From positions 32,488,001 through 32,552,000 of the forward strand of contig NC_047023.1 in assembly GCF_902652985.1 (NCBI RefSeq): a stretch of 64,000 nucleotides of DNA, given 5' to 3'. The first letter of the stretch is position 1. Every line of letters starts with the position of its first letter. This DNA is from Pecten maximus (lineage: Eukaryota). The position numbers were made by a program, and so were the translations under genes. This document shows positions 12,701 through 42,200 of this stretch, piece after piece. The notes under the pieces are model-generated. The model made no database searches and was not told where the DNA came from. It saw nothing but the letters and a program-made list of their open reading frames with translations.

Positions 12701-13220
12701 GTTTGTAATGAATATCATCGGATATGTAAGCCATGACACCACCCCCAAAACAGTTTCGATCAAGTCGGAGTGGTTCAGAATAACTCTCAATCATTAGCTC
12801 AGAATTTAAAACCGTTTCGTCCAAATGAGTTTCAGTTAGTAATATGACTGTATATTCATGTGCCAATATTTCAATATCTGGAATTTTATTACGTACACTC
12901 CTTGTGTTAAGATGGAAAAATGACCATTCACTATGTTCATGATCGGGTCCGGGATTGGTTTCAATGTCGTTACATAGAAGTAGTATTAACAAAATTGTTA
13001 AAGATAAATTATGATTTGCTAAAAGTAACTTATAATGATAAGTAGTATATATCATTCCCTTCCTTAGTATGCTACTTGATTTGAAAAGAATGTTTAACAA
13101 TATAAAAAGTATTGATACATCTATTGAAAGAACACCAAAATGTATTGAAGTAAAAACGCCATGTGTTTTCGCATAGTGTGTCCCAATCGCCGCTCTGTAT
13201 AACACTATATCAATAGTCAT
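9796..13220 (-). CDS. LINE APE endonuclease-reverse transcriptase, split by one frameshift at ~11325
   Basis: APE motifs HLNTRS, LTETHL, GGGVMAY, VYRP, GDIN, IDPIL, SDH. RT motifs NYRPISLL, DISKAFD, GVPQGSVLGP, FADD. C-terminal CxC...HYFFEC. The frameshift sits in the homopolymer at 11322-11329 (expected LYKYQSGF). Confidence 0.92.
12945..12968 (-). other. 2A-like (StopGo) peptide DIETNPGP upstream of the APE domain
   Basis: ILLLCNDIETNPGP matches D(V/I)ExNPGP. Confidence 0.8.
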
Positions 13221-13989
13221 TTACATATCTGAGTAGAGCAAAACAAAATAGAAAAATAGAGGCTTTGGGACACGCATGTTGAAATAACAAACATTTTGGT
13301 ACTGGTATGAAACAAACGATCAAGTATAAACAAAAAGCAAATACAAAACATAAGAAAGAAGCAGTTGAACACAATGAGATATCAAACATATTTACAAACA
13401 TTTGTGTTTACGATTCCTTCGTGAAGGAAGGATAGACAGCAAGAACATTTTTTAAATAACATTTAATAACCGTGTATCATATATTGTTTACACTAATATA
13501 CTGGAATCACTGTGAAAAATTAGTAAAATAGAAACATTTCATATTTAGTTTAACTATAAGAGTCGACATCTGTCAGAGAAGATGTGATAGAGTGTAAACC
13601 TCGTGGGTTGAGGAAGCAGTTATGTTGCTATCTAGAAAAGGAAAATCCACAATGTGGAAATGAAATCATCAAACGGTTGGGTGTAAGGTGTGTGGAAAGG
13701 TGGATAAAACATAGTGGTAACTGGTCCAATAAAGAGAGGTCAGTTAGCAGTAAATGTCATCATAAAATAAAATTATTATTATATCTTATCAATCAAAGAG
13801 TGTATTTCTACTTGACATCAGCTTTTATTTGACATCAGCAATATTGTCCGGAGACACCAGGAATAAGTTATGGTGTACCGATTCATAATTCGCTGAAACG
13901 AGGGATTATTTTTTAGATGGGACCGAAACTATAGTTTTTGTCATGTGTATATATGGCAAGGCAAGTTATCATTTATTCATGGAGCAATG

Positions 13990-14469
13990 TAGCCCGAGTT
14001 TCCTCTGGCCCTGTCACCATGTCTGGTGTATATATCTTATACATGTATAATCATATAGGATATCTTATATACTTTTAGCCCGAGTTTCCTCTGGCCCTGT
14101 CACTCACCATGTCTGGTGTAGGAGCCTACACCAGACATGGTGACAGGGCCAGAGGAAAGTCGGGCTAACATGTAAAAAAAAATTGGTTGATTACCGGCAT
14201 TAGCAAAAAAAAATGCACCTTTGTTGTTGTTGTTGTTGTTTTTTTTTTTTTTTTTTTTTTGCTTTTTGTATTTTGACTTCTTTTGTTGCTGTTCACCAAG
14301 AAACCAGTCGTCATATAACCCTATTTGTTGCGAGGGGATTAATTAAATGTTACAAACTTGTTTCATGGATGTAGAATAATAGAACAAGCGCGACAACTCA
14401 AGTAAGAAAACGTGGTAACGTGGTCTGGTGTACCAGACATGGTGTCAGGGCCAGAGCTAACTCGGGCTA
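13990..14469. mobile_element. Nested palindromic MITEs with TAGCCCGAG termini (Academ-like ends)
   Basis: A ~92-bp near-perfect hairpin at 14076-14167, plus an extra left arm (13990-14030) and right arm (~14430-14469). Confidence 0.7.
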
Positions 14470-15519
14470 GTATCTGAGGAGGAACATCCTGATAATATCT
14501 AAAAATTATTCATTTTATTGTTGATTTCATACAGTGAAATCACCACATACACTATCACTAAACTTGACATCTTAGAGATCGTTTTAATACATGTATGTTT
14601 AAGTTTAATCAGCTTTGAATTTTGTTTTTAAATCATAAACAGCATAACAACATTCGAAGTATTTAAAAACAATAAAACTTCCATCAATAGCATACACTGT
14701 TATTTCAACCAGTTTTGTATTTCCAACTGAAAATGAAAAATACCAAACGTATGTGTGTTTTATGGGGTTTTTTGGGGTTTGTTTTTTTTTTTTTTTTGTT
14801 TTTTTTTTGTTGTTGTTGTTTTTTTCCCTGTAGCAACAACAGTAATTTCATACCAACCTCCCAGAAAAAAACATAAAGTATAGCCGTAATGGAATTCTAC
14901 GTTTTCATGCCCGAAATGATCAGAGTATTTCACCCCGGCCAGCATATCTGGGTCTTATAATTGTATGCTCTTACTAATAATTCCAACAAAGGTTGAACAA
15001 ATATACCACAATGTACGGAAATTATAAATTATGATAGTGTGAAGCTCGAGGGTTAATGCAGTTATCAATTTTGATAATCAGTGTGAAACTCAGGATTAAA
15101 ATTCGAATTAAGTTAAATTGTTCCCAGTCAGAAATTAACAAAATATACCTAAGGTTTTGGTCCCTCTCGATCGCCAGGTCCTTGTGGTCAACCGGTGTTT
15201 ATATGTGCATACCATCAAACGGCGATTCTATATAGTATTTCCTTGTATGTATTTTAAATAGTTTGTTTCCTTTTCCCCTGTAATTTGTTTATGTAGATCA
15301 CTTAGCCAAGCCAGATACCTATATAGGTTGTGTATGGCTGTAATTTTTATACAATTACATATATATATATATACTCTCGTTATAATTGTTTATTTATATA
15401 CTTTAAATTTGAACATGTGAATAAGTTGCTTTATAGTTGATTAAGAGTGGTATCAATCTTGGTGGTTAATGAAGATTGTGAAAATGGAATCTGTAGAGCT
15501 AGTCTAACAGGTCTAAGCT

Positions 15520-16000
15520 TATATTACGGAAATAGCCGGAATGTGTCGCGTCCATTGAATCGGAAATGTCGGAAATAACCGAGCGTCAGATCCGGAGTAT
15601 TGTATGCAAATTTAAGAATCAATAATTTATATATATTTATACAATTTGATCCAACTTCATTTTCAAAATGTAGCAAAACAGCTGTGTGCAGAAATTTAAT
15701 ATTTTCATTATAGTCTAGGCCGAGCTCTCGCTTAATTTATGGTCTTCTAATGACGTCATTGCGTTGAACAAACGACCTTGCCCTTGTGTTTTACCGGACG
15801 CAAAGAGGCGAAGATATACCCAAAATAAAGATCGATTTACCGAGAAAATAAGAAAGAAGAGATATCGGTGAGTTGTTCATAGCAAATTCGTAATACATCG
15901 CATCTGCATGCATTCTTCTGGCGCGATTTAATTAACGGATATTGTTAAATGCACAGATCATAAAATCTATTATTTTGTGATGAACAAAGATGGCGTTTCG
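15520..16000 (+). promoter_or_regulatory. ZFR: ZFR promoter and non-coding exon 1 (donor G|GTGAGT after 15867)
   Basis: Local CpG enrichment, four CGGAA (ETS-like) cores at ~15527-15575, octamer ATGCAAAT 15604-15611, CRE palindrome AATGACGTCATT 15749-15760, and YY1-like AAGATGGCG 15987-15995. The strong donor at 15868 pairs with the acceptor at 17715. Confidence 0.65.
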
Positions 16001-17729
16001 TTCGCGAAACACGTGCTGGATATATTTGATATTATCTGCGGTGGTTACTTGCACAAATGCCTAGTTAGAACATTATATCAATATCAACACAACTGAACAT
16101 TCTGATACACGTCAAATTCTTTGTCAAAGGCGCATCATTAACATAATAGTTTCATGGAATCCCGCCTTGTCATCTCGCCCCATAACTGTTTAGTCTGTTA
16201 TGATAAAATTTGCCAGAAATACGTATGCCTACTTGTTTGATTTGTATTTTATGGTTTCTCTATGGTGCTTATGCATATACATTGATGTTTATGCAGATAC
16301 ATCTGAAATAAACAATCGTATCAATGATTCATGGAACGAACTAGACAAACATGAAACCGAGAACTTTCTTATAAATTACTGAGCTGTAATCGCTGAACTG
16401 TCAAACTGGATTTGCATTTTGTATGTATGTTTTGAGTCCGATACTGTATAAGTCCTGAACAGGGAATACACTTTTTTCATATATATAACTATCAAATGAT
16501 ATATTTTATTTATACGAAAACATTCCCCTTTTTAGTCCTTGACTCCCTGATCAATGTTCTTCATCAGGCATCTATTTAAAATTTTCTCTGTGGTTTAATG
16601 GCGAGTGAAAACATTTTGCGTCGCTTAAGTTTTTGGTGGTTTTAGGAAGGAGTTATAATAAACATCCTGCCCGGGTTTCGAACTAGTGTTGACCGAATCA
16701 TTATTGTGCTGGTGACTGGTCAGGATGTGTATGATTTAATGAATGATCGATTGGAATCATGGAAGAATCCTTTCAGGGTCATTGGTGTGAAAGATTTATA
16801 ATATAATTATAACTGTTATAGTATTGTAAGGTATCATTGTTTCATTATATTATTGACACTTGCGGTTATCTTCTTCTGTTTGTATAACGCGGGTTAGATG
16901 TTCATTTCCCGACCTTTCACTGAACTCTTTTTGCATTGAGGTTGTTAAATTGGCTGCTAGTTCTGTCTTGCATGGGCATGGGTATAAAATGCATTACATG
17001 CACGGATACTGTGCACACGGAAACAACATATGTATAGACAAATATGGGTCTGTGGGGTAGCGACCAGTTAAAACTTATAGCAGGTTGGCTGGTGATGTCG
17101 TTGCATATTCAGTTAGACTTGTCATGAGTGTGTAACATTTAGCACAAGTACAATTATTAGGGTGTCACATGTACAGTTTATATGAGAATGCCTGTGTTTG
17201 TCACCATGTGTAGTGTGATGGAAACTCCTTCTCTATCTATGATAAAAAATAGCTATATATAGCCTGTCATATAACCAATAACATGCTTTATTTGTATTTG
17301 ACTAGAGAGGTGGAACCCCAGAGTATATAGAACCTAGATTTGTTGCGAAATATTACTCAGTTGCTCTTCATTCCTTCTAAACTAGCTATATATATATATA
17401 TAGCAACCCCTCGTTCTCTGAGCTGCATCCTACCACTAGGCTAATTCCTGAAATAGGTAATAAGGTGATAATACTCTCAAATTTTACAACACCTACCTAC
17501 ATCTTTCAAATCGCTGTTTCCATTACAGTACCACACATTTCCTTTTTTCTATATGTGTATATAGAGATTGGGAATTGCAATACTGTACTGCCAATAGAAT
17601 AAATTATCTAAGTTTAGTACAATACGCTGAATAGAAAGTCCAAACAAACAGTTTTAGTTTTAATGCACAAATGAACAACAAGACATGATGTCTTATGATA
17701 TTCTATATCTTGCAGGTGAGCGGTCCACT

Positions 17730-35761
<18,032 letters not shown>

Positions 35762-37029
35762 AATATTTGTGATGAATGAGGAGTGAGAATCTGACTTAAA
35801 ATTCATACAAGAACAGCATTTGATAAGGACTTCGTGTTTATCGGTTCTCCATTCTCAATGTTGTCTGGACTGGTCGTTCTGAACACTAGATAATATTTTG
35901 AGTTTCTGAGAGAATGGGGAAAACCCTATGTTTAAAGGCATTCTTTAAGTAGGTTATTTCTAATGTGTTGCATATTTTGTCCATGTTACAAAAGGAGACT
36001 TGAAAATACTTTAGTAGTTTGGTGAAAATGTGTTCATATTTGCTTTTTCTTCAGAGGTTCCTGAATATGATATTCTACCTTATCAACACGATATGTCTCT
36101 TTGATGTTGTGATATATTTTTTTTTAATTTACAATTTCTGTTAACGTTGTTTGTGTTACAATTTTATCTGATCATGTTTAAATCTTTCAACGGTCACTAT
36201 CATTTTATTACAGTATCATATTTACTATTTGTTAATACGAGTATTCTGCAGATCATAATATGTGGCTTCAATGTGTTTCATTATTAAACTTTTTAACATA
36301 TGATCATTATATCTTTTGGTTCAATATATCATGATTTCTTACTAAAAGTGATTTCACAAACTTAATTTTTTCTACTATTTTGTTTGATTCCTTTCTCCTG
36401 GGTTATGTTGAATTTCTAATCATATAGATATTTTAAAATATGACCATTTATGGGAATTGGTGTTCAATTGCCACATTTAATAATTTTTGTAATTTGTCTG
36501 ACTTCAATACAGCTGCTAGTCTTTGTGTTATGCTTTTGAAGTGTGTAAAAAGGTCAAGGTTACTCTGGCAAATCTGTATACATAGTCGGTCTACTTCAAA
36601 ATATGGTTGTAGACATTGAGGTTTAGTTGTATACTAGATGCAGGTGTGTTCTTTCGTCAGTATTTAGATGTATAAAGTTGTGTCTGTACGACTGTATATT
36701 GCAGTCAGTGTGTTCGGACAGTCCCCCTAGAAGTATGATAACTGGTATACAACATATTATTTCTGTACATGTACTTGTATCAGGTACATATACAGACTTC
36801 TACCATTTATTATTGATTTTTATATACTGATATATAATTGTTGTGTTGTGTCCAGAAATTATGTTTTATGAGAAGTGCACACACATCTATATATTCCCAC
36901 TATTATGCTGTATAGCACTGGTAGCAGACTAGATGTGGTCGTGAGCATAAGGTGTACGAGTGTAGTCTACCAATTGTAAGATAATATTGCAGACTCATTA
37001 TGCTGATAATGTTTATTGGTTAATGGATC

Positions 37030-37035
37030 AATAAA
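37030..37035 (+). terminator. Probable ZFR polyadenylation signal (3' UTR ~1.3 kb)
   Basis: AATAAA followed by a GT/T-rich downstream tract. Confidence 0.6.
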
Positions 37036-37407
37036 TATCTTTATATGTGTATCTACCATCTCTTGTGTTATTTCTTGCTTTAAAAAATTTTTTAAATCCA
37101 GATTCAAGGATAAAAATGATTTAAACTTCAACTTACTGCGTTAATACATTGCCATACTTGGGTTTCCAAAAGACATCCTTTTCTGTCAATATGCCAATGC
37201 TAATGTCTGATTGAGCCTTGTTGATGCTGCATGGATCTGTACTGTGGACAGATTGTTCATTTGTTCTCAACATCAGGGAAGATGTTGCATTGAAGTTTCT
37301 GTGAGTTGATCTGAGTCCAGACGATATTCCGAGTAGAGCATTTTTTCTTGAGAACACTCTTTCAAACAGTATGGATGGATAAAGCAATACCAATTAAGAT
37401 AATTTTT

Positions 37408-37495
37408 CATTCAAACATATTTTATTGAATATCTTTCAAAGGGATTGGGCACAAGTTATATAACAACTTACTAGGCTCTCTCCAATTCAATGATA
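37408..37495 (-). mobile_element. Short CR1-type LINE 3'-tail remnant
   Basis: aaacatattttattgaa..ggattgggcacaagttat..caactta aligns by eye with the LINE tail at 9455-9510. Confidence 0.6.
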
Positions 37496-39215
37496 TACCT
37501 GTTACTATATTGATGTGTTGAAAAAACAAGAAAATGTGCACATTTATTCATTGTATGGCACATTCGTTCATTGTTAATCGTTGATGAAAGTTTTCAGTAA
37601 CAATATTGACACTTCCATAGTTGATTTTATTAATCCGACACTTTCATCCATGAAATCTTTCACATAAATAATTTCCTTAAATAGACAATAAAGTTATACA
37701 TCATCAAAAGTAAGGTTCTCATGAAATGTAAATTACATGTATGTTGTGATGAATTTGGCATATAGAGTTAAAAGATCATAATGCGTGTCGGAAAGGGGAG
37801 ATAACTGGTTCATGACTATAGATTTTTGTGGAGTAGTCCTAGTCCCTACAAATGTAACTGACAGAAGTACGTCGGTACAAAATCAACAGTCAACGAATTC
37901 ATGGAAGACTATCAGAATCCATTGTTACACAGCCTAACATTTAATGACTAGGCTGAAATTAATTGAGACTGTCCGTTTATACTAAACGATTCATGAACTA
38001 ATAATGGATGTCTTTTGTTACAAAGCCAGTTTAAGTCCGATATTGAATTCTAGAGTGTATTAACCAGTTAATGGACGACTCAATTAATAATATGGTGTAA
38101 GTATGACTATCAATAGATAGATGTTTTATATCGTCACGTGGCAAATAATAATGAACAGATTAAAATCAGATGTTAAACTGAAATGACATGCAATGTCCCA
38201 GTAATGAATTGTACATACAAGACTGTACTTATACAATGTAACCATGACTGTAACCCTGGATATCAATGACTTAATGGAAATCACCAGAAGATTTAATGAA
38301 TTTGAATTGGACGTTAACCCGACTGCCAAGTAAAACATGATTACATTTAATGTTATATACATGTGTTTGACCATTGTCCAGATCATAGATTCCAAATCGG
38401 GCGCTGATCATGTATACCGACGAAGAGCTATTTCTTTCTGTGGAAGAACGTGTATCAACAATACATTTTTAATTGAGGTTCCACAAACCTCCTAAACAAT
38501 GCTGAAAATTCTGGCAATGCTCCGAAATGATTGCCAGAAATCTCCCACATATGTTGCGCTCAACTTGTCAGTGAGAATTGTATAATGTCTAGGCTATGGT
38601 AAGACCTTAATTGAAAAGTAATAGTATTTCAATAAATTAAACTTGTACTTCAGCCAGACACACAAAATAATTAAATTCCTGCGATAAGAATATTATATCC
38701 TCAATATGTATTTAAATTATGATCTTATTTAGGTTAATAGAATAATGTGGTGTTGAAATTAAAGTGAGCTCACCGAATGTCAACACCATTTTCAAAACAG
38801 CACGTCGTGTGTGTATGCATTAATGATAGACTATTAAAGTAGCACTAGCACCCAGCTAGGGGCAGTAATCATGCACCGCCCAGTTATCAAGACAACACAA
38901 TTGAAAACATGTATGAACTTAATATGTTGGAAACGAAATTCAACTCATGCCGTCCTGAACGAAGCCCGCTAGGTTCTGGACGAAACAAGCCGATAAGGTT
39001 GCCTGTCGGTGACAAAAACATACAAGAAATTTTGATCGTATCGGTCAGTACCAAATACGAGTTGAGGACACACATTAACAAAACATATTAAGAGAAATAA
39101 ATTAAAAGTTATATTAATACACACAATAATTTAATTAAACTTATCACAGGTTTTAGACACTCTGTACAGTAGTGTCTTTGAATGTTCCACGTAATCCACT
39201 TAGCTACATGTCAAT

Positions 39216-42200
39216 TTAATTAAATATCTTAAAACTTTTGTTGAAAAGTTTGAAACTAGAACTGTTTTTCTTGGTAGGTCCCTTTTCGTCCTTTTTGTCC
39301 GGTCCGGCCCGAGGTGATTTGGGGCGCCTTTGAGCGGCATGGAATTTTTCTTCAGAAATGAACAGAGGTTGAAAGTTCACGTGACGATCTCCTTTCTCAC
39401 GCTGTATCTCGTGAATGATCCCATGGAACACATCTTCAACGTACTCAAACTCCTCAGCTGCCGTTGTCTCGAAAAATAAACTTTCAAACTCTTGTGCTAG
39501 CGTGTTTCCTTCTACTTTACTAATTTGCCTAAAATCAAGGGAAAAGATATGAAGAATATAAGAAAAAATGAGATATTGATAATTGGTTACAGTCCAGGTA
39601 CAATATGTACCCCACAGGGGCTCAACACTAATTAAACTCTTATGGTAATAAATATCAAATAAATACAGTATTATAACAGTATATCACAAAGGAAGGGGAG
39701 GCTTAATTCGTTAAAAACTCGAAATAAACGTCACTGCATGAGGACGTCATTTGACCCATTTGGTCCTTGTAATGTATTGCATTCGAAAAAAAAATAAAGA
39801 AATGCACCGCTGTAGATGGATGGGAAATACTAGATGGATACAATGTAGGGGGGTAGACATTAGTCTTTGCACAACTTTCCAACCGAACATATACGACTAT
39901 AGAATCAAAAATTTGTGCCTCGGATCGTCACTATGGAAATACATAATTTTTTACTCTTGTACCAGACCGCCGGAACTTTGCTATTCCAAACAATCGGAAA
40001 TAAAACGTGTTTTATCAATAAATCTATAAGTACATGTGTGGGGTAGTTTGGGCGTGGCCGACCTACCACAGATAGATCAGACATCTGTTTCAGAACATTC
40101 AAACACATCCTCCACTACAGAGACGTTCGTCAGCAATCAAGTGGGGATAGATAGATATAAACAAATACACTACAACTTAACGGTAACTATCACAGGGACT
40201 TGTCACAAATCCCCAGTTCAACATCCCGTATTAAAGGGGCATGCCTTCGTCCGGACTTCATAAACATGTACAGTTTCTATTGATGAAATCTATGTCCGAA
40301 CGATGATTATATGACTGTCTGTGCCTATATGTAATGCAATTAACGCCGAACTGTACAGGGAAAAGGTGTAGTGTATATATACCGTATGTCTTTGCGGTAA
40401 TTAGTGATACTTCGGGTTGAATTACGAATTTTCAGGACTTAATACTCGAAGAACTTTTGTTCATCTTGAGAGTAAAACTGCCATATTAATGTAAAGATTA
40501 TAACATTTACTACTTGGAAAAAATACGTAGTTTCCAGTAAGTTTAATTTTGTCGACCTAAACTTTATTCAAACGAAGGAATGCCCCTTTAAGTGTATCAT
40601 AATTTAATACGTGTACACATTTTGATGCCGAATTCCTATGACAAACTCCACAGCTAGGACGACATTTTCGCTTGCTACTATAGCTGGATGCGGCCTAAAA
40701 GTGTTTGGTAAATATTTAAGTAAAATGTCTAAATTTAGCCAGATCATTCATTTTTGCGGTGTTCATTTAGAGCCTAAATATTAAACTATTTCACAGAATC
40801 AAAATTACTATAAAGTAGGACGATATATACAAAAAGCTTACACCAGACAACACTATCCTCGATATTCCAAGGGTTACTTCACGTTCGACCTTTGCACGAG
40901 ATAACTAAATGAATTTGTAGCCCTTGGATTAGAAGATGGGGAGGGATAGGACATTATACAGGTTCGGTTGGTATTTGATGTAGCATTCGAGAAGGAGAAA
41001 GGAAACATGGCCGAGTAGCCCATTTCCGTATCATTAACTACACAATCGAGACTATTAATGTGTAACTATTCAATACATGTACATATGTATAACTGTTTTA
41101 TAAATGAACAATTAAAAATAACGATGCAAAAACTTGAACATTCTGACCGAAATAATTGCCGTTATCACTACTATTTCGTCAATGTTCCGAACACTGCATA
41201 CATTTTAATTTACAGGGCTCGATTTTCCGAATTTTGAGTAATGTACGACATCAGTTAATAACAACAACACTAAATATTCAGTCATCATACAATAAAAACT
41301 TGTAAATATCGGCCGGGATATCGATGTATAAAAAGCGATACCTCCGATTTTAGTTTAATTTTTAGAATGTGCATAATTACTGGATTTTTAGTGTTATGGT
41401 TATTTACTAATGTTATACATTACTCAGCATCCTCAAACCGACACCTTCTGCGTATTTGTGTTCTGATAAAAATTGTCGATAAACGTCGATCAGCTGTCAT
41501 GCTGTAGCGTGTATGAAATCGTATGTCAGGTTGCTCTGTTGTCACCAATCCGGTTCTCATTTTGAGAACGTGACATTTACTAGATTTGACTCAAATTTAC
41601 GTCACGGGTGCTGCCGTAATGCAGAAGACGCTCGCCCAACACTGGTCTTATCATCTTTATACCTTTTCAACCATATTCATGTTAATCTATGTTTTTATAA
41701 CCATCTTCATGTTAATCTATGTTTCCTTAATATGTTTTGCTCTCGTTTTCTCGATTTTATGTCAGTACTCACTGTGTTTTTATATCGTTTACATTAAAAA
41801 GATAAAAGTATCAGTCAGGTCACATTCGTCATATTTCAAACTTTACAACTTTCGTCATACATACCGATATCGTTCGAGATCTATTTTATTTCCAACCAGG
41901 GCCACAGGCGAATCTTTGGAGTTGGCTTTGAGGTATTGTGTGACACTCTCTAAATATTCCCGCGCTTTATCAAAACTCTGTCGGCTTGTGATCCCGTACA
42001 CCACCATGAAGCCGTCTGCCCATCGTAGATACCGCAAGGGGTCGCTGTCTTCCTGGCGGCAAAACAAACAACCAAATCGTTCATGAGGTACCATTCATGA
42101 GGAGATATTGATTTTACTCCAAATGTTTACGCCATCATTCCAATAATGAATATGGCTGAGATACCATAACGTATTTTTCCAAAATTAAGTTTCTTAAGTA

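Larger units (their letters stand above)
9450..13557 (-). mobile_element. Apparently full-length single-ORF CR1-type LINE (Zenon-like)
   Basis: 12-bp TSD AAGAGTCGACAT at 9438-9449 and 13558-13569. The 3' end reads AATAAAAATATGTTTAAACT. Contains an APE+RT ORF and a ~340-bp 5' leader with no ORF1. Confidence 0.92.

Noticed and set aside
37133-37393. 86-aa minus-strand ORF between the two genes
   Set aside because: Non-ATG start, no motifs and no convincing splice sites.
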